Shown piece after piece: positions 47,846 through 58,900 of a stretch of 64,000 bases of DNA. The notes beneath the pieces were generated by a model that saw only the letters and a program-made list of their open reading frames with translations, was not told the origin of the DNA and ran no database searches. The stretch is from a virus. Each line of letters begins with the position of its first letter. The first letter of the stretch is position 1. The translations under genes were made by a program, and so were the position numbers. The stretch is taken from IMG/VR virus record IMGVR_UViG_3300049434_000014, positions 89,456 to 153,455 of that record. One strand, given 5' to 3'.

Positions 47846-47909
47846 GTTTTCCACGCGCGCCGAATACTCCTGGCGAATCTCTTATTCCCAGGTTGAGGGG
47901 GTATTTGCG

Positions 47910-48269
47910 GTGGCCTTTGACGGTACGTTGGGGAATACGCTTGCGGCAATAGACATTGGTCCTACGATCATTAGTCTGCTTGTGGGTATGATCATTCCAC
48001 ATATTGTTGATTTGGTTACGCATTCCTCTGCTCCTAAGTGGATGAAGTCGTGGCTTGCTGTGGTGTGTGCGGCTATCACGGGTGCGTTGACTACTGTCAC
48101 GTGGCAGGGATGGGATGACTGGAGGGTTTTCGTATTTAACGTTTTCATTGCTACTGTGTCTGCGTTCACTTCGCATACTGCTGGCGCGAGTGAGTTCGTG
48201 CAGCGGTCGACTGCCGACTTTGGTATCGGCAAGCGACATGCCCCACCTCCTGACCCTGTGCACATCTAA
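47910..48269 (+). CDS. Holin-like membrane protein
   Basis: Three TM segments, LVTHSSAP..K; after tail genes. Confidence 0.7.
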   Translation: MAFDGTLGNTLAAIDIGPTIISLLVGMIIPHIVDLVTHSSAPKWMKSWLAVVCAAITGALTTVTWQGWDDWRVFVFNVFIATVSAFTSHTAGASEFVQRSTADFGIGKRHAPPPDPVHI

Positions 48270-48327
48270 GTCATCCGGTCGGGCTATCGATGTTCACTAG
48301 TAGCCCTTGCACGATTGCTGGTGAGCT

Positions 48328-48522
48328 TTGATTACCCCGTCGCTCGCTAACTTTGTGATTATCATTGTCACGATTGTTTGGGTTACGTCGTTTGTCGTAT
48401 CTTTGGCGTCTGCGTCTTACCATCCTGATCCACAGATCAATGTGATTTTCATGGCCATCGTAGGTGGAGCCATGGCTCTGAAAGCCAAGCGCGGTACGGG
48501 TTCCGACGAGAAGAAGCCGTGA
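48328..48522 (+). CDS. Two-TM membrane protein
   Basis: Hydrophobic helices. Confidence 0.6.
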   Translation: MITPSLANFVIIIVTIVWVTSFVVSLASASYHPDPQINVIFMAIVGGAMALKAKRGTGSDEKKP

Positions 48523-49136
48523 GAGGTATAGTGCCTGGATTCTATATTATTAACTCACTGATCTGGTCGTTTGTTGGCGCAGTCGTAGGTTACAAGTATT
48601 GTAAGATGCAGCTTGATGTTAACGAGATGAAGAGGCGCCTGCACATGGTAAGTAATTCTCCGTCTGATGAGGCGTCTGTTGTTCCGATTGAGGGTCCTCT
48701 ACCGTCTGAGGAGGCTCGTTGGGCATTGCACAAGCCTAACGTGCAGCAGTTGATCGGGATCGTCGTTGTGGTTATGGCGATTATCTCGGTGAGCGTTGCC
48801 GTGGGTTACGCACGACAGCTAAACTCTGTTAGTACGTGTTTGAATGGTTATGTCAATGCGTACAACAATGTACTCAAGGAACGTGATACTTTTGCAAATC
48901 AGTCTCGAACGAGTTTGCGAGATTACGTCATCGCTAGCGATGATCTATGGGCGGGCTTTCTGAAGAATGCCCCGGCTCCTGGGGAGTCGACAACTTCAGC
49001 GCAGCGCGAAGCGTCTATCGCGGTGTTGACGCAGTACTTTGCGAAGTCGAAAGTTGTCGTTAGCTCCCTTGATGCTACGAGTGAGGCAAGGCTGCGTTTT
49101 CCAATTCCTGACAATCATTGCCCGGATTCCCATTAG
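48519..49136 (+). CDS. Membrane protein
   Basis: Two TM segments and an extracellular helical region. Confidence 0.65.
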   Translation: MRGIVPGFYIINSLIWSFVGAVVGYKYCKMQLDVNEMKRRLHMVSNSPSDEASVVPIEGPLPSEEARWALHKPNVQQLIGIVVVVMAIISVSVAVGYARQLNSVSTCLNGYVNAYNNVLKERDTFANQSRTSLRDYVIASDDLWAGFLKNAPAPGESTTSAQREASIAVLTQYFAKSKVVVSSLDATSEARLRFPIPDNHCPDSH

Positions 49137-49174
49137 AATTGGTGTTTTATTGACTTCTCTGGAAGGGGGAGTTT

Positions 49175-49819
49175 GTGCGACATTCCCCCTCGGGAAGCGG
49201 TCTGTTGTCGTGGTTGCGGAAGGATCGTCCGGCTCAGGTTGCTGCGGTGCTGATGTTGGGTTTAGGTGCTTTCGTTACTATTCATGATGTGTCTAGCAAT
49301 AGACATTTACAGGAAATGCAGGCTTCTCAAGTGGTGGCTGAGGTGGTCACTGAGAAGAATGTGGTTGCTCAACGTGGTTTGAGTCTGGCCGAGCAGGTTC
49401 GTGCAGCTTGTCTCGCGGGTGGGGCGTCTTCTGCGGAGCTGCAGCGTCAGGGAGCGTGCGGTGCAGCGGATCGAGTAGTGGCCTCTCCTGGCGTAGGGCT
49501 TCGAGGCTCGCCAGGGCCATCTGGCTCGCCAGGGCCATCTGGCTCTCCGGGTGCGCAGGGTTCCCCTGGCCCAGCAGGCTCTGTAGGCACGTCGGGTCCG
49601 GTAGGGCCTCCTGGTATAGACGGTAAGAATGGTAAGGATGGGAAAGATGGTAAGAATGGAACAGATGGTCAGCCACCGTCTGGTTGGGTAGTAACTAATT
49701 CTGATGGTTCCATGATCACGTGTTCACGAGCTAAGGATTTTAATTCGGTAGCACCACGTTATACGTGCGCCAGTAGTCCTGTTCCTGCGCCGGAGACTCC
49801 CGCTATTCCAGGAGGGTAG
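49175..49819 (+). CDS. Membrane-anchored collagen-like protein
   Basis: TM segment, then Gly-X-Y repeats (GSPGPS, GKDGKN). Confidence 0.8.
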   Translation: MRHSPSGSGLLSWLRKDRPAQVAAVLMLGLGAFVTIHDVSSNRHLQEMQASQVVAEVVTEKNVVAQRGLSLAEQVRAACLAGGASSAELQRQGACGAADRVVASPGVGLRGSPGPSGSPGPSGSPGAQGSPGPAGSVGTSGPVGPPGIDGKNGKDGKDGKNGTDGQPPSGWVVTNSDGSMITCSRAKDFNSVAPRYTCASSPVPAPETPAIPGG

Positions 49820-49821
49820 TT

Positions 49822-50166
49822 TTGTTTTTGATTGATTGTATACCTGTGATTTGTAGTCCAGTCGGTCCTGGGATTCCTTTTGGTACATGGTATATCGCGT
49901 TGTTTGATCTTATACGTGTACTGTGTGTGATTGCTTCGTTCGTTTTGATTTCAAGTATCGTTGCTGCATGGCATCGTTCGCAACCACATGGTGGTCAGCG
50001 AGATCGGTACTTGGCTTTAGGGTTGTTTGCTTTTATTATCATCGGTACAGAGATTTCGAATCTTGGCAACATTGCGTCGTGGAGACTTGCTTTTTCTGTC
50101 GTGGCTATTGTGTTCGCTCTGCGTGGGTTGCATCGTTTTGATCACGAGCAGCCAGCGTCTCCTTAG
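49822..50166 (+). CDS. Membrane protein
   Basis: Three TM segments. Confidence 0.6.
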   Translation: MFLIDCIPVICSPVGPGIPFGTWYIALFDLIRVLCVIASFVLISSIVAAWHRSQPHGGQRDRYLALGLFAFIIIGTEISNLGNIASWRLAFSVVAIVFALRGLHRFDHEQPASP

Positions 50167-50523
50167 AGTCAGCTGTGTCTCGGGTGTGTCAGTTATCGCT
50201 CTCTGCAATTGGCAGTGTAGTCTCTTTTCACGGATGCGGTGCGGTATCTGATGCCGTGAGCACTTTTCGTACGATCCGTCACATCTAACCCCACGGTCGT
50301 GCGAGGTGTCTGTGACGTCTGTACTTTCTGCTGACTATGTGTCAGAAGCTTTACGAGCTTTCAGTACCGATTTAGGGTACGCGGTTCAGTTGGTTACTCC
50401 GATTCCAGTCCCTCGAAAACCTGCCCCATTACCTACTCGGGTACTTTGGGGATCACCTCCACGTTTTGTGCCTGCCGTCGTCTTGGGTAGGACTGATCAC
50501 TAGTCCGGCTTTGACGTGCGAAG

Positions 50524-52197
50524 TTGTGGAGGATCTCGGTGGCGTCGGCTTTAGATCTTGTCAATCAGGAGGCTCTTGCCCAGGCCGCTGAGCGTGCTCG
50601 TGTCGCCCACGATGTAACACTGCCGAATCTTCGTTACTGGAATGCGGCGCCGTGTTCAGCCCATGTTGAGTTGGGTGAACCACAGCAAGACTGCCGCCGC
50701 TGCGGTGTGCTAGTGCTGCGTCATCAGCGGGTCGCTGTGAGCTGGATGTTCCTTATCCGTACTGGCTTGCTTGCCGATCAGGTAGGGCTCGGTAAGACTG
50801 TAATGGTCAACGGCCTTTTGGCTATGTTGCACCAGGCTGGTGAAATGGATTCACGGCGTGGCGGTGGGCGCGCTCTGATCGTGTGTCGTCCTGCAGCGTT
50901 GGATCAGTGGCAAGACCAGCTTCGTCGGATGGTGCCTTCGCTGTCGTCTGTGATTGTTACGGGTACGCAGCGAGAGCGTAGTGATGCGTGGGCTAATCCG
51001 TGGGATGTCGCTTTCATTGGCCATCAGGCTTATCTGCGCGATGTCGAGCAAGTAACTGGTATGGGTATTCATCATCTGATTGTCGACGATGTCGATCCTA
51101 TTCGAGATACGGATAACAAGACTGCGTGGGCTGTTAAGCGAATGGCTACGCGCATCCCTCGCGCCATTCTTACGACTGCTTCTCCGTTGCAGAAGAATCT
51201 CGAGGAGTTGTACGCGGTCTTCGACTGTCTTGGTAAGGCTCGTCCTCTCTTTGGAGATATTAACGCTTTCCGTCGACGTTACATGCGTCGGGAGAAGGTG
51301 ACATTTTATACTCCCGGAGGCAAGAAACGTACGAAGATGAAGACGGTTGGTTACCGTAACATCGATGAGTTCAAGGCGAAGATTGCGCCGTGGTCTTTGC
51401 GTCGCGGGCCTGATGATGTCGAGGGCCTGGATCTTCCTTCGGTGATGCCTAACCCTGTGTATCTGGATCTGCATCCTGCGCAGCGTGATCGTTACGATGA
51501 GCTTGCGCGTGGCGTACTTCAGATGACGCGTAATGGTTTGACTACGGTTAAGCGTGTCGCCGCGTCTGCGAAGATGGTTGCTGCAGCTCACATCTGTGAG
51601 AGTTTGGCGATTCTCGACGGTGTGGATGGACCGCAGTCGTCGGTAAAGTTCGACTGGATTGTCAATCAGCTATTGGGTGACTGGGCAGGTGAGACTGAGA
51701 ATTCAGAGCCTGAGAAGGCTGTGGTGTTCATTCACTACAAGCTTGGTCTCGAATCCCTTGCTTCACGGCTAAATACACACGGCATTGGTAATGTCCGGGT
51801 GTGGGGCAACGAGCGTGATCCGAAGGTTCGGCGTGAGGCCAAGGAGCGGTTTTGGGATGATCCGACGTGTCGCGTTCTGTTGGGCACGTCGGCTATTGAG
51901 CAAAGTCTAGATTTGCAGTGTGCTCGCCATGAGATCAATGTGGATCGACTTCCTAATCCTCAGCGTATGACGCAGTTGGCTGGTCGGATTCGTCGCGGTG
52001 GATCTAAGTTTAAGACTGTGTTTGTGCATAACTTGATTGCTGTGGATACTCATGAGCAGCGGATTGTTCTGTCAAATGAGACAGAGGCTGCTCTTTCTAC
52101 GGCGGTGTGGGATGAAGACGATCCTCTGCATACTCCGCTGTCGCCTGCTCGGATGATGCAGCTTATTGCCCCTTCGGTAGGTAGGCGCGTGGCGTAG
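50524..52197 (+). CDS. SNF2-family helicase-like ATPase
   Basis: LLADQVGLGKT, IVDDVD, TASPLQKNLEELY, SLDLQ, QLAGRIRR. Confidence 0.85.
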   Translation: MWRISVASALDLVNQEALAQAAERARVAHDVTLPNLRYWNAAPCSAHVELGEPQQDCRRCGVLVLRHQRVAVSWMFLIRTGLLADQVGLGKTVMVNGLLAMLHQAGEMDSRRGGGRALIVCRPAALDQWQDQLRRMVPSLSSVIVTGTQRERSDAWANPWDVAFIGHQAYLRDVEQVTGMGIHHLIVDDVDPIRDTDNKTAWAVKRMATRIPRAILTTASPLQKNLEELYAVFDCLGKARPLFGDINAFRRRYMRREKVTFYTPGGKKRTKMKTVGYRNIDEFKAKIAPWSLRRGPDDVEGLDLPSVMPNPVYLDLHPAQRDRYDELARGVLQMTRNGLTTVKRVAASAKMVAAAHICESLAILDGVDGPQSSVKFDWIVNQLLGDWAGETENSEPEKAVVFIHYKLGLESLASRLNTHGIGNVRVWGNERDPKVRREAKERFWDDPTCRVLLGTSAIEQSLDLQCARHEINVDRLPNPQRMTQLAGRIRRGGSKFKTVFVHNLIAVDTHEQRIVLSNETEAALSTAVWDEDDPLHTPLSPARMMQLIAPSVGRRVA

Positions 52198-52266
52198 ATC
52201 TTGGGTAGTACTCCTAGTACATGTGACGCCATTGAGCGCGACGCTTTTTCGAAGGGATCAAGTATT

Positions 52267-54960
52267 ATGGTGGATAGTTCGAGCATTCCGCGTCCAAAGA
52301 CGAATCGGAAGCAGAACTTTGGGTTGGAGATTGCTAGGTACTTTACTTCCCCTGATCGTCATCCTTATGATGAGGTTACGTGGGAGACCACTGATATCGT
52401 TATGACGAATTGGCGGGACGGAAAGGTCAATTTCGAGCAGTGTGGTGTGGAGTTTCCCTCCGATTGGTCGTTGTCTGCACGTCAGATTGTGGCTAGTAAA
52501 TACTTCCGTGGACAGATGGGTACGTCTGAACGAGAGTATTCATTGAAACAGTTGATTGATCGTGTCGTGGATACATATGTCGATAACGGTACTTTGTTTG
52601 GTTACTTTGCTTCTGATAAGCATGCTAACATCTTCAGTGATGAATTAAAGTACATGCTCTTGCACCAGATGTTCGCATTCAATTCTCCGGTGTGGTTCAA
52701 CATTGGTACGAATGCTCCACAACAGGTGTCGGCGTGTTTCCTTCTCTCTGTAGATGATGACATGCATTCGATCCTAAATTGGATCACTGAAGAGGGCATG
52801 ATCTTCAAAGGTGGATCTGGCTCGGGTGTGAACCTTTCGAGGTTGCGCGGGTCGATGGAGTTGCTGTCCTCAGGTGGTACCGCTTCCGGACCGATCAGTT
52901 TCATGCGCGGGGCCGATGCCTCTGCGGGTGCGATCAAGTCTGGCGGGTCGACCAGGCGGGCAGCGAAGTTAGTGTGCCTCGACGTCGATCATCCTGATAT
53001 TCGTGACTTCGTGCGTTTGAAGGTGGAAGAAGAGCGCAAGATCCGAGTCCTCGCCGATGCCGGGTTCGACATGGATCTTGGCGGCAAAGACATGGCATCT
53101 GTGCAGTATCAGAACGCCAACAACTCCATTCGTTTGTCCAACGAGTTTATGCAAGCTGTGGAGAATGGAGATCAGTTCGCGCTGCGGGCTCGCCTGGATG
53201 GTTCGGTGGTAGAGCGTATTGACGCTCGCGAGTTGTTCACTGAGATGGCTGCGTCTGCACACGCATGTGCAGATCCTGGTGTTCAATATGACGACACCAT
53301 TAACGCATGGCATACGTGTCCTGAAGATGGGCGAATTACGACGAGCAATCCATGCAGTGAGTACATGCACTTGGATAACTCGTCTTGCAATCTTGCTAGT
53401 TTGAATCTTTTGATGTTCCGCACCGGACAGGGATTCAATACATCAGCTTTTATTCATGCAGTGGAGTTGGTCATCACTGCAATGGATATCTCGATTTCGT
53501 TTGCTGACTTTCCCACTGACAAGATTGCACAAGTTTCTCGAGCGTATCGTCAGTTGGGTATTGGTTACTGCAATCTCGGTGCTCTTTTGATGTCTCTCGG
53601 CAAAGCATACGATAGTGATGGTGGTCGGGCTTTGGCTGCGTCGATCACTTCGCTGATGTCTGCAGTGGCGTGGCATCGTTCGGCTGAGCTTGCTGGTGAG
53701 GTCGGTTGTTATGACGGCTATCATCGTAATGCTAACGCGCATAATGCAGTAATTAAATATCATCTGGATGCTGCTTTGTCTCCGGTATCTGCTTCCGTGG
53801 ATGCACTTGATAGTCGTATCTCTGGTGCGGCTCTCCAGGTGTGGAGCAAGGCCATCGAGCTAGGTTCGAGTTTCGGATACCGTAATTCCCAAGTGAGTTT
53901 GATTGCTCCTACGGGTACGATCAGTTTCATGATGGATGCGGATACGACTGGTATTGAGCCTGAGTTCGCTCTGGTCAAGCTTAAGAAGCTAGTTGGTGGT
54001 GGGTCGCTGCAGATCGTTAACCAGTCAGTTCCACAGGCTTTGGCTACGCTTGGTTACGATCGATCTGAGATTGATCCCATCATCGAGTATATTGCAGAGC
54101 ATGGAAATGTGATCGGTGCACCGGGATTGGATCCTCAGCATTACGAGGTATTCGATTGTGCTGTTGGTGAGCGCAGTATTGCTTCAATGGGGCATGTTCA
54201 CATGATGGCTGCGGTTCAGCCGTACCTCTGTGGAGCGATCAGTAAGACCATCAACATGCCTGAAGATGCAACGGTGGCAGACATTGAATATGTCTACATG
54301 CAGGGTTGGAAGCTGGGATTGAAGTCTCTTGCTGTCTATCGAGATAATTGTAAGTCTGGTCAGCCACTTACTCACAAGAAGAAGGAGGTTGCTTCTACCG
54401 AGGCCACTCCGCATACGGTTGTTCCGGTTCGCCATAAGCTTCCACCGCGTCGTCCCTCGGTGACCACCTCGATTCATGTAGGCGGTGCCGAGGCTTATCT
54501 GACGGCGTCTCGTTATCCGGACAACGGTGTGGGCGAGATCTTCCTGAAGTTGGGCAAGCAGGGGTCGACCCTCGCGGGTGTGCTGGATGCTCTGTCGATT
54601 GCGATCTCTATTGCTTTGCAGTACGGAGTTCCGCTGTCGACGTTCGTGGAGAAGTTCACGGGCATGCAGTTCGAGCCACGAGGAATGACCAACGATCCTG
54701 AGCTTCCTATGGCTACGTCGTTGTTGGATTACGTGTTCCGTCGCATGGCTTTGGATTATCTCCCGCTCGAGGAGCGGGCTGCGCTTTCGGTGTTCTCAGC
54801 TGCTGAGCGGACTGAAGCAACGGAGGTTCCTGTTGAGGCGTCTCCTGGGCATCGGTTCGATCAGGATGCTCCTTTGTGTTCTAGCTGTGGGATTCACATG
54901 ACACGAGCTGGTGTGTGTTTCGCGTGCAGTTCGTGTGGAAGTACCAGCGGTTGTAGCTAG
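52267..54960 (+). CDS. nrdJ: Class II (B12-dependent) ribonucleotide reductase with TSCPD-like C-terminal domain
   Basis: FNSPVWFN, SACF, TSNPCSEY, CNLASLNL, IAPTGTI, GAISKTIN, YRDNCK; C-terminal Zn ribbon. Confidence 0.95.
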   Translation: MVDSSSIPRPKTNRKQNFGLEIARYFTSPDRHPYDEVTWETTDIVMTNWRDGKVNFEQCGVEFPSDWSLSARQIVASKYFRGQMGTSEREYSLKQLIDRVVDTYVDNGTLFGYFASDKHANIFSDELKYMLLHQMFAFNSPVWFNIGTNAPQQVSACFLLSVDDDMHSILNWITEEGMIFKGGSGSGVNLSRLRGSMELLSSGGTASGPISFMRGADASAGAIKSGGSTRRAAKLVCLDVDHPDIRDFVRLKVEEERKIRVLADAGFDMDLGGKDMASVQYQNANNSIRLSNEFMQAVENGDQFALRARLDGSVVERIDARELFTEMAASAHACADPGVQYDDTINAWHTCPEDGRITTSNPCSEYMHLDNSSCNLASLNLLMFRTGQGFNTSAFIHAVELVITAMDISISFADFPTDKIAQVSRAYRQLGIGYCNLGALLMSLGKAYDSDGGRALAASITSLMSAVAWHRSAELAGEVGCYDGYHRNANAHNAVIKYHLDAALSPVSASVDALDSRISGAALQVWSKAIELGSSFGYRNSQVSLIAPTGTISFMMDADTTGIEPEFALVKLKKLVGGGSLQIVNQSVPQALATLGYDRSEIDPIIEYIAEHGNVIGAPGLDPQHYEVFDCAVGERSIASMGHVHMMAAVQPYLCGAISKTINMPEDATVADIEYVYMQGWKLGLKSLAVYRDNCKSGQPLTHKKKEVASTEATPHTVVPVRHKLPPRRPSVTTSIHVGGAEAYLTASRYPDNGVGEIFLKLGKQGSTLAGVLDALSIAISIALQYGVPLSTFVEKFTGMQFEPRGMTNDPELPMATSLLDYVFRRMALDYLPLEERAALSVFSAAERTEATEVPVEASPGHRFDQDAPLCSSCGIHMTRAGVCFACSSCGSTSGCS

Positions 54961-54971
54961 TCACTTAGTTT

Positions 54972-55015
54972 CGATTACCCGGCACACCAGCCATTCTAGG
55001 TGTGCCGGGTAATCG
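54972..55015 (+). terminator. Hairpin terminator
   Basis: cgattacccggcacacc...ggtgtgccgggtaatcg. Confidence 0.75.
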
Positions 55016-55033
55016 TGTCTTTCCATAAGGGAG

Positions 55034-55807
55034 TTGATAGTGCTATCACCACAACAGCGTAAGTTGATTGAAGATAGAGTTGGACTGGCTCGCGCTGTAG
55101 GTCATAAAGAGTGGAAGAAGTTATCAGGATACGAACGCGACGAAGTGATCGCGTGGGCTCTGCATGGGTTGGTGTCTGCTGCGGTGCGCTGGCCAGCTTA
55201 TTGCGAAGAGCATGGTTATGAAATGTATACTGAGACTGCTCAGTCTTGGTTCAATACTTATGCGTCGCAGCGGATTCATGGTGCTGTGATTGACGCATTA
55301 CGTTCTTTAGATCCTGCTACGCGACGAGAGCGCGCGATAGTTAAGGACATTATTGCTCACGGTGTGGACTTGTATTCTCCGTGGGATCATGATTCTCCTG
55401 AGTCGATCGCTGCTGCCACGGGCCTGCCTATCGCGGACGTCTCAGCGGCGATCTCAGCGCTCATGCGGGTGCCTCTGAGCCTCGATGAGGCCGTGGAGCT
55501 TGAGCAGGCTCCTGACCCTCGCAACGTCGAAGCTGAGGCGCTGGCGGCTGATCTGGCGGGCCGTGTGGTGGCAGCGGTGTCCGCGCTGCCTCGGCTTCAT
55601 CAGCGTGTATTGATCTTGTCGGTGCATCTCGGCTATTCTGATGTTGAGGTGGCCAAGGCTCTCCCTGAGATCTCGCGGGATCCTGTTATGAGACGCTGGT
55701 CTGTGCAATGGATTGTGTTCCTTCGCAGGCAGGCCCAAGACTCATTGATTGCTACCCTGCGAGCTGAGCTAGATCCGGGTGAGGAATCTTGGGCTGCGAG
55801 CGGGTAG
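55034..55807 (+). CDS. Sigma-70 family factor, FliA/WhiG-like
   Basis: FNTYASQRIHGAVIDALRSLD (region 2.3-2.4 of sigma28), PLSLDE, LPRLHQRVLIL region 4. Confidence 0.8.
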   Translation: MIVLSPQQRKLIEDRVGLARAVGHKEWKKLSGYERDEVIAWALHGLVSAAVRWPAYCEEHGYEMYTETAQSWFNTYASQRIHGAVIDALRSLDPATRRERAIVKDIIAHGVDLYSPWDHDSPESIAAATGLPIADVSAAISALMRVPLSLDEAVELEQAPDPRNVEAEALAADLAGRVVAAVSALPRLHQRVLILSVHLGYSDVEVAKALPEISRDPVMRRWSVQWIVFLRRQAQDSLIATLRAELDPGEESWAASG

Positions 55808-55944
55808 GAGCAAACCAATCCGGGCGGGGCATAGGGATAGCCGGACAGACTTCCCATTACAGGATAATCCAGACATATACCCTATATCTCAACAGTGTAT
55901 GCTAGGATGCTTCATCGGACTCCGGGTCGCCGGATACATCTTGT

Positions 55945-58900
55945 GACTAGTCGAGTGCACTCCCCATCCCTTCTCGTCTCGCGACTAGTCGAGTTCCCGT
56001 CCCGGCACCTCCTGTCGTATCGACTAGTCGCTTACCGTCTCGTCAAGTCAGATCCGTATGACTAGCCGAACCCGTACCGTCCTCGCCGTTTCCAGACCGA
56101 CATGTCTATGCCCTGCTGAGCAGCTCGTGTCTGTCCGACTGTTCTGTCTCGACTTGTCGAGTCGGATCCTCCCGTTCCCGACAAGTCGACTCGGGTCGAT
56201 GCGGTCGACTGTTTTTATGACAAGTCGATACCGTCCAGGTCAGATCAGGTCGACCATTCTCACGACAAGCCGAGATTGTGCCGGGTCCGTCCGGGTCGAC
56301 AAGCCACGTCTTTACCAGTCTTCTCCGTTCGACAGGTCGAGTCATAGCGATTCGTGCGACTCTACTGTTTCGATTCTGCTGTCTCGACTGTATCCTCACG
56401 ACAAGCCGACTCGGGCTCACGTCCCGCCAATATGACTTATCAGTTCGACTGATCAACGCGACAAGTCAAGTCCCCTCGGGTCCATTCGTGTCATTGCGTT
56501 TCGACAAGTCAAGTCGCACCGAGTCTAGTCACGGTGACTATGCTATGCGGGTCAGTACCGTCCCAGACAATTCTGTTCTGTCGACCACGCTATCCGGGTC
56601 AGGGCTAAGCCAAGCGACCGCGCTTGCCTGTTCGTTCCATTTCATTCGACTTCTCACTTACGACTTCTCATGTCTGGGCACGTCATCTCGAGAGACAATC
56701 CAAGTCTGAACACAACAGCTCGACTCAGAAGACAACTCAAGTCACGCCTTGCCCAGTCATCCCCGTGCGACTACTCCTGTCACTGCGAACCAACCCGGTC
56801 CTTACGACTATTCCTTGCATAGCGAAGCACATCGTTTCCTTCTGACTTTGCACTCAGACCATACAGAACGACTTCTCTGTTCGAGACAGTTCGCGGCGAT
56901 TCCTTTCGACTGTTCCCTTTCCTGACAGAGCCAGTCATTTCAATTCACTGCCTTCCCGACGAGTCAGATCCGTTCGCGTCCGGGTCCTGTCTTCTCGTTT
57001 CGACCTGTCCGATCAAATCTGGGCCTGACGGTTCTGTACCGACTCTTTCAACATGACTATTTCAAACAGACTGTTCCAGCCAGGTCAATACGGCGCTCCC
57101 CGACTTATCAGTACGACAAGTCAACTCAAGGCAATGCAGCTCCTCCCCGTTTCCGACTGGCCCAGTCAGGTCAATACAGGGCTCTCTGACGGTTCTGTTC
57201 CGACAAGCCAGCTCACGACAAGTCAAAGCAAGTCAGTTCGGGTCCGTTCGTTTCGACAAGTCCTCTCAGGTCTGATCTCTCCGACAAGCCAGCTCACTGC
57301 GGATCCGTTCGTTTCGACTATTCGGGTGTGGTCACGTCAATGCGGATCGGTATGACTAATCGACTCCTGTCCGATCAGCTCTCTGCCGACTTGCCTTGTC
57401 CAACCCGACTCAGTGCAAGCGACTTGTCCTGACGCGGCGTGTCAGTCCAGCATCGACTATTCTGGTCCTGACGGCCCCGATCATGTCGCCTCGACTTCCC
57501 CTCCCACGCCGGGTCACCTCCCTTCTTTCGACAGTTCGGATCCAGTCACTTCCCATACACTTCGACATGTCCTATCCGTTCGAGTCAGATTCAGATCCTT
57601 ACCGACTACTCCTGTCAGTTTCGATACCGTTCAATCCAAGTCAGTGCGACTACGCATGTCGCGGCGAGTCATTTCCGGGTCAGCTCCGACTCTACGAACC
57701 CGACTGGTCGCGTCTGATCCTTGGCCCTTCCGTTCTTTCCCGACTGGTCAAGACAAGTCCTTTCCCGTCTGTTGACAGGTCAGATCCAGTCATGTCCCTT
57801 CATTGCGACGAGTCTCCGCACTTCGGGTCTGCACGTTCCGACGAGTCTACGCAATTCGATCCCGTACATTTTCGACTGGTCGCATCTGGTCTATGCCATT
57901 TCACGTCGACTAGTCGCACCTGCCCGCTACCTTTCCACGTCGACTGGCCAAGCCGTTGCGGTGACACGTCATTTCAGATCGCCTTCTGCCCCGACACTGC
58001 GAGTCACGTCACTGTCTCTGCGGGCCAGTTCTGATCACTTCGACTATTCGACACGAGCCTTACCGAGTCTGTTCGACTAGACGATCCGTTACCAGTCGCT
58101 ACGACTATATGTTCACGACTATCCGATGCGATCCTTAGCTGATCTAGTCGCTCTGACTACTCGATTCGTTTCGTGTTCTATCCCGACTATGCGAGTCTTC
58201 TCCCATCGAACCGTTCTGACTACTCGATCCATTTCGACGCCGCTTCGTATCTGCCCCGACTACTCGAGCCAATTCTATTCACGTCGACTCAGATGACTGG
58301 CTTATGACAATACAGCCCGCACCGTTTCCCTGCCTCCCCAATCCATGCAGTCCCGACTGCGCGCATCATCTCCATACCCTTCCACTCCCTACATCACTGA
58401 CTGACCAAGTCGAGACACGTCATTTCATCACCGACTGACCAAGTCGGGTCAACTCCACCTCATCTCCGACTCCACGGACCACTTCCCTTCCGTTCGCCAC
58501 GACTCTTTCGATACGATTCTTTTAATACGATTCTTTTAATACGATTCTTTTAATACGATTCTTTTAATACGACTGTTCAGCTCGCCTTCATTGCCACGAC
58601 CATTCCTTTCCCTTCTGACTGTTCATCTCGGTTCATGTCCGTCCATCTCTAGTCGACTACTCTTGCCGGGTCTGTGCTGCTCCGACTACTCCCGTCAGGC
58701 CCGAGCATTTCGCTTACCGACTACTCCGATCCTCCCACGTCCCATCACCTCGGTACGACTGTTTCGTTGCGACTACTCAGGTCACTCCATTCCCCTTCGA
58801 CTACCGACTGTTCGTGTCACGACATTTCCACCCTTATCAAGACGACTCATCATTACGACACGTCGTGGCGAGGCGACACATTCCGCACACGTCTTTTCCG

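Noticed and set aside
49503-49670. Short tandem repeats
   Set aside because: Explained by Gly-X-Y collagen coding.
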